From contig NC_052157.1 of assembly GCF_902713615.1 (NCBI RefSeq), positions 56,819,790 to 56,883,789 on the forward strand: a DNA stretch of 64,000 bases, written 5' to 3'. A program made the translations under genes and the position numbers. A model generated the notes under the pieces. That model made no database searches. It saw nothing but the letters and a program-made list of their open reading frames with translations, and was not told where the DNA came from. Origin of the DNA: Scyliorhinus canicula (Eukaryota). Shown here one piece after another: positions 12,160 through 24,800 of the stretch (position 1 is the first letter of the stretch; each line of letters starts with the position of its first letter).

Positions 12160-13862
12160 TCATGGGATGTGGGCACTGCTGGCTGGCCCAGCATTCTTTG
12201 CCCATCCCTGAGGGCATTTAAGAGTCACACCGGTGCCAAAGAAGAACCAGGCAACGTGCGTCAATGACTACCATCCGGTGGCCCTGACATCAATCGTAAT
12301 GAAGTGCTTCGAGGGGTTGGTCATGAAGCGCATCAACACCATACTCCCAGAACGCCTAGATCCACTGCAATTCGCATACCGTCGCAACCAGTCCACAGCA
12401 GACTCCATCTTCCTGGTTCAGCACTCATCCACATCTCGAGCATCTCGACCACAAGGACTCCTACATCAGACTCCTATATATTGACTACAGCTCTGCCTTC
12501 AACACCATAATCCCAGCCAAACTCATATCAAAGCTCCAAAACCTAGGATTAGCTCCTCACTCTGCAACTGGATCCTCAACTTTCTGACCCACAGACCACA
12601 ATCAGTAAGAATAAATAACACCTCCTCCACGATAGTCCTCAATACTGGTACACCGCAAGGCTATGTACTTAACCCCCTACTATACTCCCCATACACGCAT
12701 GACTGCATGGCAAAATTTGATTCCAACTCCATCTACAAGTTTGCTGACAACATGACCATAGTGGATCGGATCTCAAACAACGACGAGTCAGAATACAGGA
12801 GGGAGATAGAGAACCTAGTGGAGTGGCGCAACAATAACAATCTCTCCCTCAATGCCAGCAAAACTAAAGAGCTGGTCATTGACTTCAGGAAGCAAAGTAC
12901 TGTACACACCCCTGTCAGCATCAACGGAACCGAGGTGGAGATGGTTGACAGCTTCAAATTCCTAGAGGTACACATCATCAAAAATCTGTCCTGGTCCACC
13001 CACGTTGACGCTACCACCAAGAAAGCACAACTGCGCCTGTACTTCCTCAGGAACTAAGGAAATTTGGCATGTCCACACTGACTTACCAACTTTTACAGAT
13101 GCACCATAGAAATCATCCTATCTGGCTGCGTCACAGCCTGGTATGGCAACTACTCGGCCCACGACTGCAAGAAACTTCAGAGAGTCATGAACATAGCCCA
13201 GTCAATCGCACAAATCTGCTTCCCATCCATTGACTCTATCTACACCTCCCACTGCCTGGGGAAAACAGGCAGCACAATAAAAGACCCCTCCCAGCAGGAT
13301 TACTCACTCTTCCAACATCTTCCATCGGGCAGGAGATACTGAAGTCTGAGATCACGCACAAACATATTCATAGACAGCTTCTTCCCCGCTGTTACCAGAC
13401 TCCGAAACGACCCTCTTATGGATTGACCTGATTAGTACTACACTCCTGTATGCTTCACCCGATGCCGGTGTTTATGTAGTTACATCGTGTACCTTGTGTT
13501 GCCCTATAATGTATTTTCTTTTCTTTTCTTTTCATTTCATGTACTGAATGATCTGTTTGAGCTGCTCGCAGAAAAATATTTGTCACTGTACCTCGGTATA
13601 CGTGACAATAATCAAATCCAACATTGCTGTTGCGTCTGGAGTCACATGTCGGCCAGTTCAGCAAATTTACTTCCCAAAGGACATTAGTGAACCAGATAGG
13701 TTTTTACAACAATCAACAATGGTTTGATTGTCACCTTTAGACTTTTAAATCCAGATTTATCTTGAAATTAAATTTTCCATCTGCCGTGCAGGATTTGAAC
13801 CCGGGTCTCGAGAACATTACGCTGGGTCTCTGGATTACTAGTCCAGCGGGAATACCACTATG
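12160..13862 (-). mobile_element. Deu-domain SINE (SacSINE1-like), split by a Rex1-like LINE
   Basis: GGGCATTTAAGAGTCA (~12212-12227) rejoins CATTGCTGT...TCTGGAGTCACATG (~13622); homologous to the + copy at 32100-32450; tRNA-like head near 13790-13862. Confidence 0.7.
12233..13620 (+). mobile_element. 5'-truncated Rex1/Babar-like LINE (RT C-terminal half plus 3' UTR)
   Basis: [72 protein letters not shown]; ends GTGACAATAATCAAATCCAA. Confidence 0.85.
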
Positions 13863-13863
13863 C

Positions 13864-14345
13864 NNNNNNNNNNNNNNNNNNNNNNNNNNNNNNNNNNNNN
13901 NNNNNNNNNNNNNNNNNNNNNNNNNNNNNNNNNNNNNNNNNNNNNNNNNNNNNNNNNNNNNNNNNNNNNNNNNNNNNNNNNNNNNNNNNNNTGTGTGAAA
14001 GTGTGTATGAGTGTGTGTGAGCTTTGTCTCTGTGTGAGTGTGTTTGTGTGAGCTTTATGTGTGNNNNNNNNNNNNNNNNNNNNNNNNNNNNNNNNNNNNN
14101 NNNNNNNNNNNNNNNNNNNNNNNNNNNNNNNNNNNNNNNNNNNNNNNNNNNNNNNNNNNNNNNNNNNNNNNNNNNNNNNNNNNNNNNNNNNNNNNNNNNN
14201 NNNNNNNNTCTGAGTGCATGTGTGTGTGAGCTTTATGTGTGTGTGCGTGAGTGTGTGTGTGAGCTTTATGTGTGTGTGTGTGAGTGTGTTTGTGTGCGAG
14301 TGTGTGTTTGTGTTGCGAGTATGTGTGTGTGAGTGAGCGTGTGTG
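13864..14345. repeat. (TG)n microsatellite with two assembly gaps (13864-13991, 14064-14208)
   Basis: TG/TGAG repeats and N runs. Confidence 0.95.
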
Positions 14346-15651
14346 TGTTATTATGACACCCTGAGTGAGTGCGCGGTCAATTCCAGACTCACAGACCCCG
14401 GAGTCCCAACAGAAGTGAATTAACCAATAATTAGTTTGTTTCCCTGAGATCTTCGACTCTCGATTGCTCCATTGACCTACAGGGACCCAGTGAGGAAGGG
14501 GAAGGAACAAAATAATGGGTGTTAAACGGGACGGGAGATGAGAATCTTCATTGCTGACGTAAGTCTTTGTTTGCAGTGATCTTCTCAGAATGCAATGAGT
14601 TGAAAACCATCGGTTGGTTTGGATATTTTTGATGCTGCCTTCTATTAAACCTCACAGCTGCAGGAATTCCTCTGGAGAGTCACCTTCACTTGTACAGGCC
14701 CCCACCAGATTGACTCTCAATCTCACTGAGATGGTATTAGAATTCTCTCTCTGAAAGTTTACAGCAAGTTAACGTACACTCAGCTGCTTGTCTGGTCCTT
14801 GTTCAGGGTTTCAGATTGTGGAATATAGAGAGAGAGATGGGTCTGGTCTTCAGGACCTTTTAGGACTCTCAGGAGAGATATCAGACTGGACTTTTCCCAG
14901 CCTTTCACTGGCCAGCCTACTGCTTACAGTCTTACAAGCAGAAGTTACCTTCACAGGCCTGGCTCGGGAGTGTTTTAAAATCACCAGCTTGAGCTGCTAT
15001 CCAGACATAAGCAGAAACCGAAAGCCAAAATGGAACCAGCCTTCTTTTTGTTCTGGGCCAGGGTTTAGAGAACCTCGAAGTGTATCATGGAGTTCACCCG
15101 ACTCACACCTTTTAATAGATGGTGGTATGGGGAGCACACGACCCACTCTACAGGTATGGTACAGCACAAATGGAAAAGTATTTGTTAAAGCAAACCAATG
15201 TTGATTCTATGAACTCAAGTTAACCTTTTTAAAACATACAGGGAACATCTTAGCAACCATCAATTCAAATGCAACCCCCAAAGAATACAACACTAAATAA
15301 TCCTTTAAGCTTTCCTTTTAACATCCATAAGACTTTTAAAAAAAAACCTTACAACAGAAGCACATCAGGTTAAAGTCACTACTGAGAGCAGTTATTAGTT
15401 TTAAATCACCAAAGGATCGATTTGCAGTCGTTAGATTATGGAGAGAGAGACTCATATACCTTCTGGCTGTGACTGCAGCTATCCAGCTCTGAAAACGAAA
15501 CTAATACATACCCTGCAGAAAACAGCCTAAAACAAAAGTAAAAAGCTGACAAACAGCCCAGCTCCACCCACACTCTCACATCACTGATAAACACCCATTT
15601 CTTAAAGGTACATTTCTTAAACATCCATTTCTTAAAGGTACTCTCACGTCA
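14346..15651 (-). mobile_element. Solo-LTR-like interspersed repeat
   Basis: TG...CA-like ends, internal CTTAAAGGTAC direct repeats, no credible ORF; family not identified. Confidence 0.4.
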
Positions 15652-15962
15652 TTTTCCAGAAACCTTCTAGAAGTTACTGAAGGGCTCCACCAATTACAAT
15701 CATCCAACCCAGGAATTCCAGAAGAGCTGATTAACTGCCAGCCAAGTCCATCAAAATGTCACCATGGGTCCCTGCCATACTGCACACATGACAGAAGTGA
15801 ATCCCCTTGGGCTAGCTCAACAGGCAGCTTTCAGTGGGTGAGTTTCAAAAGTCTGTAGTTTTACCCCAAAATCTGCAATTTTGCAACAGCCAGAAAGACA
15901 GTAATTAAAAGGGACACAATGATCAGACAAGCATTTAAAAGATGTTCCTTACAAAATAATAA

Positions 15963-16195
15963 GCATCAATGTTTCTCGTTCAATGTTGCTGAACAGCAAA
16001 CACCAATGTTTCTCGTTCAATGTGACTGAATACTAAACATCAATGTTTCTCGTTCAATGTTAGTGACAGCAAACACTAATGTTTTGTTTCACTGTTACTG
16101 AATACTGAATATAAATGTTTCTCATTCAATGTTATTGAATAATAAGCATCAATGTTTCTCATTCAATGTTAGTGAACAGCAAACACCAATGTTTG
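15963..16195. repeat. ~37 bp tandem repeat, ~6 copies
   Basis: Unit CAATGTTTCTCGTTCAATGTTGCTGAACAGCAAACAC, with variants. Confidence 0.9.
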
Positions 16196-16699
16196 TGAGT
16201 TGACATTTGAATAGTTCGCCCAAGTGGGTGACAGACGTTCGGAACACTATGCCACTGCTCTGTCTTCCCCCTTGACCTGCCTGTGCTTGAACATGGCATT
16301 TACTGAACTCCTTTCTTACTCTTTTACACTCGGCAGTGTCTGCTCTTTGCTGAGCTTGCATGTGGCTTCTGACCACATCCCCACTGTCAGACTTTCCACA
16401 CGCTCTCACCTGGTGACACACTGGATATCAGTTCCACTGAAGCCTCGCACTTTCTCTCTAAATGCACGATAAGTATATGTCTGATGCATTGGGCTGCACT
16501 CGTTGCACCCTTTGCCCTGACAGGGCGCCCTTGCTGTCTCACCACTGGTTATAGCCGCTTCATAGCACAGAGCTGGAGCACGGACGGAAAAGAGCGACAC
16601 GCTGTTGAAGCTTTCCACCCTGCACTCACCGAGACAGGTGCAATCCTACCTAATTTTAAAAGTAACAACGATTTATACTGCATGGGAAATGGGTGCGTA

Positions 16700-17130
16700 A
16701 CCATGGAGAATGCACCAGGTACACAGGACATATGTCCCAACCGACTGGCATATCGTATCAAACAGCAGATACGATTGTCTGTCTGCAACAGGAAAAGTAC
16801 TGACTGCCCTCAAACATCTCATAATTGCTCGACTCAGACCATAATGTCTAACATTAGCTGGGATCCCACAACTGGGCAGCACTTGCTGAACAATCCCGAG
16901 TGTGCCAAGAATCACACCAACAGCCAATTTTGGATGATCCGTCAGGCTCACAATGTGACGCACTTACCCCTGCTCGAAACTCCATATATTCCAACACAGG
17001 GATCGATCCTCTGCAGGCAAAAGTAACATGTCCAGGCTTTGCATCATCATTCATGTAAACAAAAGTCCTTGTGGAACAATAGCTCCCTGGTGCATTCTCC
17101 ATGTCAAAGCCAATCAGAATTGACTTGCTG
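16700..17130 (+). mobile_element. Penelope-like element remnant (GIY-YIG endonuclease C-terminal part)
   Basis: RLAYRIKQQ...TGQHLLNNPECAKNHTNSQF...LLETPYIPTQGSILCRQK*HVQAL. Confidence 0.7.
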
Positions 17131-17146
17131 ACTCTTCTCTCCCTTT

Positions 17147-17418
17147 TGTGAGAGCCACGAAGAATCCAGCACGAGTTTTCAGGATACAAAGAAATAACAT
17201 TTATTTACAATAACATATATATACAACAGCAGCAGCAACTTCCCTTGCTGCTCACTCCTCTCTCTCTCTGCTGGTTCCAAACTGGCCAGCTTTATTTATG
17301 CAGGGAGTCTGTGCAGGGATTTCTCCGCCCCCCCCCCTCATTGGGGAAGCTCATACTCCCACAGGATTGTGGGATTGTCATTAGTCCCCAGCCAATGGTA
17401 AGCAGGCAGGTTATAACC
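17147..17418 (-). mobile_element. Solo LTR
   Basis: TGTGAGAGCC...GTTATAAC termini; AATAAA signals on the minus strand; ~270 bp with no internal domain. Confidence 0.6.
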
Positions 17419-18149
17419 CTCCCACAGTGGAAATTGTTGCTCCCTATGAAATTTGGTACTCTTATGTCTTTCCAACCGAGTGCAAGATGTTTCATTGACG
17501 GGATGTTTCATTTTCCAGCAATACTCGCTTGTCGTTGTTGCTGCACCAAATGGTTGCACATATTGTCCACCGGTAACTCTCATGTTCACTACTGTCTTTA
17601 AGCGCACTGCTAATATTGTGGCCCTTTTCTGTGTTGAGCAGATCTCTGTAGAATTCTTCTGTTGGGGTTGATGGGAAATCCAGCTCCATTATTTTCTCGG
17701 AGAGTCCCAGCGCTGGACATTTTGTAGTCTCCACCTTTGTCCCCACACCCGTTAACGAACTGGTCAATAGTTCACTCTGAGATGTTGTCTATCGGCCATC
17801 AGTTCCAGTCAATGGAGTCTGAGGGTGTCTCTCTTAACTGATCCTTGAGCATTCTCCAGAGCTCAGATGATCGTTACTGACATGAATGTAGAAATTTCAG
17901 ATATGTTGGATTATAAGTATTTGGTGCAGTAAGGGTTAAAAGCCTGGGTTAGCATGTGTTTGACTGCTGCAGTCATGTTTTTAAAATAATCTTGGTTTCA
18001 AAGACAACAGAGCTTTTAGGAGCCTGAGGTGCAATTCATAAAAAGCTTGGGCTCAATGCAATTTTGTTTTCAGGGTTTTCCCTGAGGAGCTAATTATATT
18101 TCAGCTCGGTGAGATGATGTCATTGCTGGGTAGAGCTAAGGCTTTTTGA

Positions 18150-20590
18150 GAATGCATTTTGTCTAACTTCCTTGTAACATCCTCAAAGAACTCGAACAGA
18201 TTTGTCAAACATGACCTCCCCTTGATGAAGCCGTGCTGACTCACTCCTATTTTATCATGCCCTTCCAAGTACTCCGTGATCTCATCTTTAATAATGGATT
18301 CTAAAATCTTACAAATGACCAAAGTCAGGCTAACCGGCCTGTAATTTCCTGCCTTCTGACTCCCTCCTTTCTTAAACAGCGGTGTCACATTCGCCACTTT
18401 CCAGTCCTCTGGGACCCTCCCTGCCCCCAGTGATTCCTGAAGGATCACCATCAATGCCTCCACAATCTGCTCAGCTATCTCTTTTAGAACCCTGGGGTGT
18501 AGTCCATCCGATCCAAGTGATTTATCCACCTTCAGCCCTTTCAGTTTCCCCAGAACCTCTCCTTCGTGATGGCCACTACACTTACCTGTGCCCCCTGATT
18601 CTCCTGGAGCTCTGGCATCCCGCTGGTGTCTTCCACCGTGAAGACTGATGCAAAGAAACTATTCAGTTCCACTGCCATTTCTTTGTTTCCTATTATTGAA
18701 TTAAATGAAAATTACTTCTCCAGCCATGTTTTCCAGTGGTCCAATGTCCATTTTTGCCTCTCTCTTACCTTTTATATGTTGAAAAAAACTCCTTCATCTC
18801 CTTTTATATTAATAGCTAGCTTGCACTCATATTTCATCTTCTCCCCCCTTATTGCTTTCTTAGTTGTTCTCTGCTCGCTTTTAAAGGCTTCCCAATCCTC
18901 TGGCTTCCCACTAATCCTCGCCACTTTGTATGTTTTTTCTTTTGCTTTTATGCTGTCCTCGACTTCCCTCGTCAGCCATGGACGCCATGTCCTTTCCTTA
19001 GCATGTTTCCTCCTCCTTGGGATGAATTATCTGTTGTGCCTCCCAAATAACCCCCAAAAACCCCTGCCATTGCTGTTCCACTGTCTTCCCTGCTAGGCTC
19101 CTTTTCCAATAAACTCTGGCCAGTTCCTCCCTCATGTCTTTGTAGTTACCCTTATTTAGTTACAATACCATTACATCTGATTCCAGCTTCTCCCTCTCAA
19201 ACTGCAGGGTAAATTCTATCCTATTGTGGTCACTGCTCCCTAAGGATTCCTTCACCTTAAGTTCCCTAATCCAATCTGCCTCATTACATATCATCACATC
19301 CAGAATTGCCTGTTTCCTAATAGGTTCTGTCACAAACTGCTCCAAAAAATCATCTCTTCGACATTCAACAAATTCCTTTTCTTGGGATCCACTACCATCC
19401 TGATTTTCCCAGTCCACCTGCATATTGAAGTCCCCCATGATGACTGTAATATTGCCTTTTTTACATACATTTTCTATTGTCTGATTTATTTTCTGCCCCA
19501 CATCCTGACTACTGCTATGGGGCCTGTACATAACTCCCATCAGAGTCATTTTATCTTTGTGATTCCTCATCTTTACCTACACAGATTCTATGCCTTCTGA
19601 TCCTATATTGTTCCTTGCTATCGATTTAGCTCCATTCTTTACTAACAATGCAACCCATCCCCTTTGCCCATCTCTCTGTCCTTTTGATAGGACACATATC
19701 CTTGTATATTTAGATCCAGCCCTGATCCCCTTGCAGCCATGTCTCTGTGATGCCCACAACATCGTACCGGCCAATTTCAATGTGCATAATAAGCTCATTT
19801 ACCTTGTTCCGTACACTGCGTGCATTTAGGTACAATACCGTCAGTCTTGCATTGACCACCTCCCTTCTCACACTTGTCAACTTTTTTGCTCTGCCTGAGG
19901 GTGATGTTGTTCTCTTATTTTTGTTCTCTATTCCCCCTTCATTTATGACACCTTCTAAGCTAACGCTCTGGTTCCCAACCCCCTGCCATACCAGTTTAAA
20001 TCCTCCAGAGTGACTCTCGCAAACTTCCCAGCCAGGATATTGGTGCCCCTCCAGTTTAGATGCAACCCCTCCTTCTTGTACAGGTCCCACCTACCCTGGA
20101 AGAGATTCCAATTGTCCAGAACTCTGAAACCCTCTCTCCGACACAATCAGATCTGCCACGTGATTAGCTGCACTATCGTCCTATTTCTAGCCTCACTGAC
20201 ACATGCACAGGGAGTAATCTGAGATTACAACCCTCGAGGTCCTGCTTTTTAGCTTACTGCCTAACTTCCTGAACTCCTTCTACAGGACCTCATTACTCTT
20301 CCTGCCCATGTCGCACGAACCAATGTGTACAACGACCTCTGGCTGTTCACAATTCCCCTTTAGGATGCACTGTGTTTATTCAGAGACACCCTTGACCCTG
20401 GCCCAGGGAGGCAACATACCATTCTGGAGTCTCTTTTACGTCGACAGAAGCGCCTATCTCTGCGCCTTACTATAGAGTCCCCTATAACTATCGTTCTCCT
20501 GCACTTTGCCCTCCCCTGCTGAGGAGCCGAACCAGTTGTGATGCCACTGTTCTGGCTGCTGTTATTTCCCCTGATAGGCTCTCTCTTTCC
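18150..20590 (-). mobile_element. 3'-truncated decayed CR1 LINE (ORF1 esterase-like C-terminus, ORF2 endonuclease and start of RT)
   Basis: CRREGFRVLDNWNLFQGRWDLYKKEGLHLN; LYLNARSVRNKVNEL...ITETWLQ; IMGDFNM; QHGFIKGRSCLTNL. Confidence 0.9.
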
Positions 20591-21189
20591 AAAGGCTCCC
20601 GGTGGCTGTCAAGGTGACGGTCGCCCTGAATTTGACCGCCATGGGGTCCTGCCAGGCGACGAGTGGGGACCTGTCTAGGATCTCCCAGATCTCGGTGCAA
20701 AGGTGCATCCATGCCGTCATGGAGGCCCAGGCGGATCAGCACATCCATTTCAATGTGGACCAAGCCCTCCAGGATACCCGGACAGCAGGGTTCGTGACCA
20801 AGATGTCCCAGGTCTAGGGGGTCATCAATGGGATGCATGTTGCCCTACGAGGACCGGCCCATTATGGTGTGTGACCATGAGATGCACATCATGCACATCT
20901 GAGCCCGATAACCAGATGATACCTTTATCCTGGCACACTTAACGGTTCCTGACCTCTTCGAGACCCATTCCCAGTTGATGATCTCCTCGCGATAGACATT
21001 ATCCACTGCGATCGTGGCCGATTACGCCTATTCAGGGGCCACAGACCTGTGCTGAGACCAGCTACAACAACGTTCATCCGGCGACCAGGAGCATGATTGA
21101 TCGGTGCTTCAGCATCCTGAAGATACGGTTCAGGCATCTGGATGCTCTGGACAGACCCTCCAGTATGGCACTAGGAGTGTCCCCCATAA

Positions 21190-21473
21190 CGTGTTTCACA
21201 GCGCCAGGGTCCCAGGTTCAATTCCTGGCTTGGGTCACTCTCTGTGCGGAGTCTGCACGTTCTCCCCGTGTCTGCGTGTGTTTCCTCCGGGTGCTCCGGT
21301 TTCCTCCCGCATGTTCCGAAAGACGTGCTATTAGGTAATTTGGACATTCTGAATTCTCCCTCAGTATACCCGAACAGGCGCCGGATTGTGGCGACTCGGG
21401 GTTTTTCACAGTAACTTAATTGCAGTGTTAATGTAAGCCTACTTGTGATAATAATAATTATTATTACTATTAA
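21190..21473 (+). mobile_element. V-SINE, alternative (GTGACAATAAT-type) tail
   Basis: B box, V-domain and tail as in 1878-2190; head 5'-clipped. Confidence 0.85.
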
Positions 21474-21881
21474 CATGTGCGTCTAGGCTGATGCGCACGG
21501 GATGCTCTAGTCACCTCCAGGTTCACTGACTCGGGGCCCAGTCAAAGGCATGGTCATCCCATCCCACCCAATCACTTCACACGGTCCCATCGAACCCTCG
21601 GGGTGGTTGGGTGAGAAGGGAAGGTGGGGTGGGGAGGTGGTGCGGTATGAAGTGGAGCAGGATGGGTCTGGGTCACCGGGGCGGTAAGCGCTGGCTGAAC
21701 TGGAGTCCCTGGCCCAAGCCCACACCCAATGTCCGCCCATCTACACCCCACCCCCAGCGCCCCCTCTGCAGCCACCCTCACCCAATCCATGTCTCACACC
21801 CTTCTGACAGAGCACCGAGTCAGGTTGAAACATTGTGAACAGGTGCTTATTGTGAAACGGTGAACATATTTGTACAGGTTT

Positions 21882-22221
21882 TAGAACAGTACAGCACAGA
21901 ACAGGCCCTTCGGCCCTCAATGTTGTGCCGAGCCATGATCACCCTACTCAAACCCACGTATCCACCCTATACCCGTAACCCAACAACCCCCCCTCCCTTA
22001 ACCTTACTTCTATTAGGACACTACGGGCAATTTAGCATGGCCAATCCACCTAACCCGCACATCTTTGGACTGTGGGAGGAAACCGGAGCACCCGGAGGAA
22101 ACCCACGCACACAGGGGGAGGACGTGCAGACTCCACACAGACAGTGACCCAGCCGGGAATCGAACCTGTGACCCTGGAGCTGTGAAGCATTTATGCTAAC
22201 CACCATGCTACCCTGCTGCCC
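21882..22221 (-). mobile_element. HE1-type V-SINE (young)
   Basis: Near-identical to 431-779. Confidence 0.9.
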
Positions 22222-23681
22222 CTAACCCCTAACACTATACTGTGGGCTGCACCCGTACCAACGTAACTGGTATCTACCTTTCTGGCCTTATGGGCCCTAC
22301 GCTATGTCGGGGTGGGTCCCAGGCGGTACATCAGGAATGGAGGCGGCATGCTGAGATTCCTGCCCTGTGACCTGGGTCCCCTTTGGTGGCCGTTTTCTGG
22401 AGTGACTGGGCCTTGATGGGCCTGGTTGCTGCTCAGGTGTCCCAAGTGGGATGGTGCCGCCCTTATCTGCCTACTTCCCATCAGATGCACCAGGGACAGG
22501 AGGGGGGAGTCCGAGGCACTGTGGTTCCAGTATCTTCCCTGTGGGAGTCACCGGCACAGGCTCCATCACCTCCTCCTCCCTTGGGGTACCTAATTGTCCC
22601 ATACCAACTCCTTGGGACGCAGGTGCAGGCAAAACTATCCCCTAACTCCCCCCCCCCCCCCCCCCGCCAAGATACCAGTCTTGAACAGTGTCTCAATGCT
22701 CACAGCCATGTAGCAAAGTGACTGTGCCACCACCCTCTGGGCTGGGCTCAGGTCAGCCAGCGCCCAGGTAGTGCTGCTGACGGCCTCAGCCATGGCCCGC
22801 TGTGCCTGGGCCAGGATCTGGAGTACGGTTGCAATGTCCAGGTTGCTCTGTTACATGGCTGCACCGTGGCCGCCGCCCATGTGGTATTGAGCTGGGTGGC
22901 ACACCAGGTCAACATCACCTCCTGCTCCCTCACACGGTTGGACTCTTCCAACTGCACCTGCAGGTACTGGATGCTCATCGACAACCCCTCATGTAGTCCC
23001 TGGCTCTGTGACTGCATCTCCACTATGGATGGGACTGCCTGTTCCAGAAGTCCGAAAACCATCTGGACGGCACCTCGTCCCTGGGGTCGGGCAGCCAAAC
23101 GGCCGTCCATCCTCTTGGGGGTTCCTACCTCCACCTGCTGTATTGTGGAATGTGTGTGGTGAGCACCAGATAGTGCCCCAAGAGCCCCCTCACTAAATTT
23201 CCCAACCGAGGTGAGTGTCTCTGGAAAGGTGGAGGGTGTTGGAGACAGCTGGTCTGGGAAGTCAGTGACGTCCCCGGAGTAGTCCTCCGGGGTGTCTCGG
23301 GCTGTGGCTCCAAGGTTCCCATCACTGTCCGGGTCCTCCTCGTTGCTATCTGCTTGGGGTTCGGGGTTGGGGTCACCAGAAAGTCGCTTCTCATCGCCAG
23401 GTGCTCCTGCAAGACACAAGACATGAAGCATGCGTGGATCATGGGATGGTGGATTATGGGATGGAGAGGGGAACAGGCTGAGCGGCCGGGGTGATGCCCC
23501 ACGAGACTGGAGCGGTGTCATTACGGACCACCATTGCCGCAGCCTCCAAGGCAGCCACCTTGCTGCGCACCCCTCTGACCACCCCCACTGGTCCTGGTTC
23601 TGCAGAGTGACACCGGCTCTAAGAGTGCCCCCACCCTCCCCACCCCAGCATCCCACCCTCTGCCATACCCACCCCACCCGG

Positions 23682-24194
23682 CAGTGCCGGCCCTAGGGTT
23701 GCTGGCGCCCCGGGCAAGCTGAACTTCGGGCGCCCTGGGGGGGGCGGGGCCGAGGCCGGACGGGGCCGAGGGGGGGGTGGGGTGGATCCGAGGGGGGGGC
23801 GGACCCGAGGGGGGGGGGCGGACCCGAGGGGGGGGAGGGGGGGGGGCGGGGGAGAGGGGGGGGCGGGGGGGCCGAGGGGGGGGACGGGCCGAGGGGGGTG
23901 GACCGAGGGGGGGGGGTGCGGACCGAGGGGGGGGGGCGGGGGGAGCGGACCGAGCGGGGGGAGCGGACCGAGCGGGGGGGGGGCGGACCGAGCGGGGGGG
24001 GGCGGACCGAGGGGGCGGAGGACCGAGGGGGCGGAGGACCGAGGGGGGGGCCGCCCTGGGGGAGGGCGGCCACCGCGCATGCGCTGGTTGGCACCGGCCC
24101 AACTGCGTATGCGCGGGACCCGAGTCTCTGGCGCCCCCTAGCACATGGCGCCCCGGGCGACTGCCCGAGTTGCCGGTGCCTTGAGCCGGCCCTG
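23682..24194. mobile_element. Non-autonomous hAT-type DNA transposon with internal GGACCGAG(G)n repeats
   Basis: TIRs CAGTGCCGGC...GCCGGCCCTG; exact 8 bp TSD CCACCCGG at 23674-23681 and 24195-24202. Confidence 0.85.
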
Positions 24195-24577
24195 CCACCC
24201 GGCCTCCAATCACCGGCCCACCCAAGGGTAATGCCCATGCAGCCCCTGGGTGGGGGCTGCAGAATATAACCACTGGTAAGGGCAGCGCCAGCCGACGGTG
24301 CCCCTGGCATCAGGGATGTGCAACGGAAGGGCAGGTGGCAGCCGCCCAGGATGGAAAGCGAGCCGTCCAACAGGCCGAGGAGAAAAAGTGCTAAGGAGGC
24401 GTCACGTGAGGCCTTGTGTGTACCTCGAGAACCTGCTGGACCGGGCATGCCGTCAAAGACTCCTGCTGAGGAGAGAGAGAGAGTGCAACATATCTGCCAG
24501 ATGATGGCATACCTGGCACTGCAAGGGTATGGGGGACGACACCTGCTCCTGGTGGCCATCAAGGTAATGATCACCCT

Positions 24578-24800
24578 GGGCACCATGGTGGCGCAGTGGT
24601 TAGCACTGCTGCCTCACAGTGCCGAGGTCCCAGGTTCAATCCCGGCTCTGGGTCTGTGTAGAGTTTGCACATTCTCCCCATGTTTGCGTGAGTCTCACCC
24701 CCACAACCCAAAACGATGTGCAGGGTAGGTGGATTGGCCACGCTAAATTGCCCCTTAATTGGAAAAAATGAATTGGGTACTCTATATTTCTTTAAAAAAA
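24578..24800 (+). mobile_element. V-SINE, short A-rich tail type
   Basis: Head, V-domain and A tail; diverged ~17 bp duplication aaggtaatgatcaccct / aaggtaactgtcatcct. Confidence 0.85.

Larger units (their letters stand above)
20595..23681 (+). mobile_element. Harbinger/PIF remnant 1: transposase (+, ~20595-21520) and Myb/SANT-type partner gene (-, ~22240-23680)
   Basis: VAVKVTVALN...GSCQATSGDLSRISQ, GVINGMHVAL, IDRCFSILKIRFRHLD; minus-strand region homologous to the partner gene at 25560-28500; disrupted. Confidence 0.8.

Noticed and set aside
23521-24586. Long Pro/Gly/Arg-rich ORFs (250, 297 aa) and other GC-rich ORFs in MITEs
   Set aside because: Stop-poor GC-rich non-autonomous transposon sequence bounded by TIRs and TSDs.
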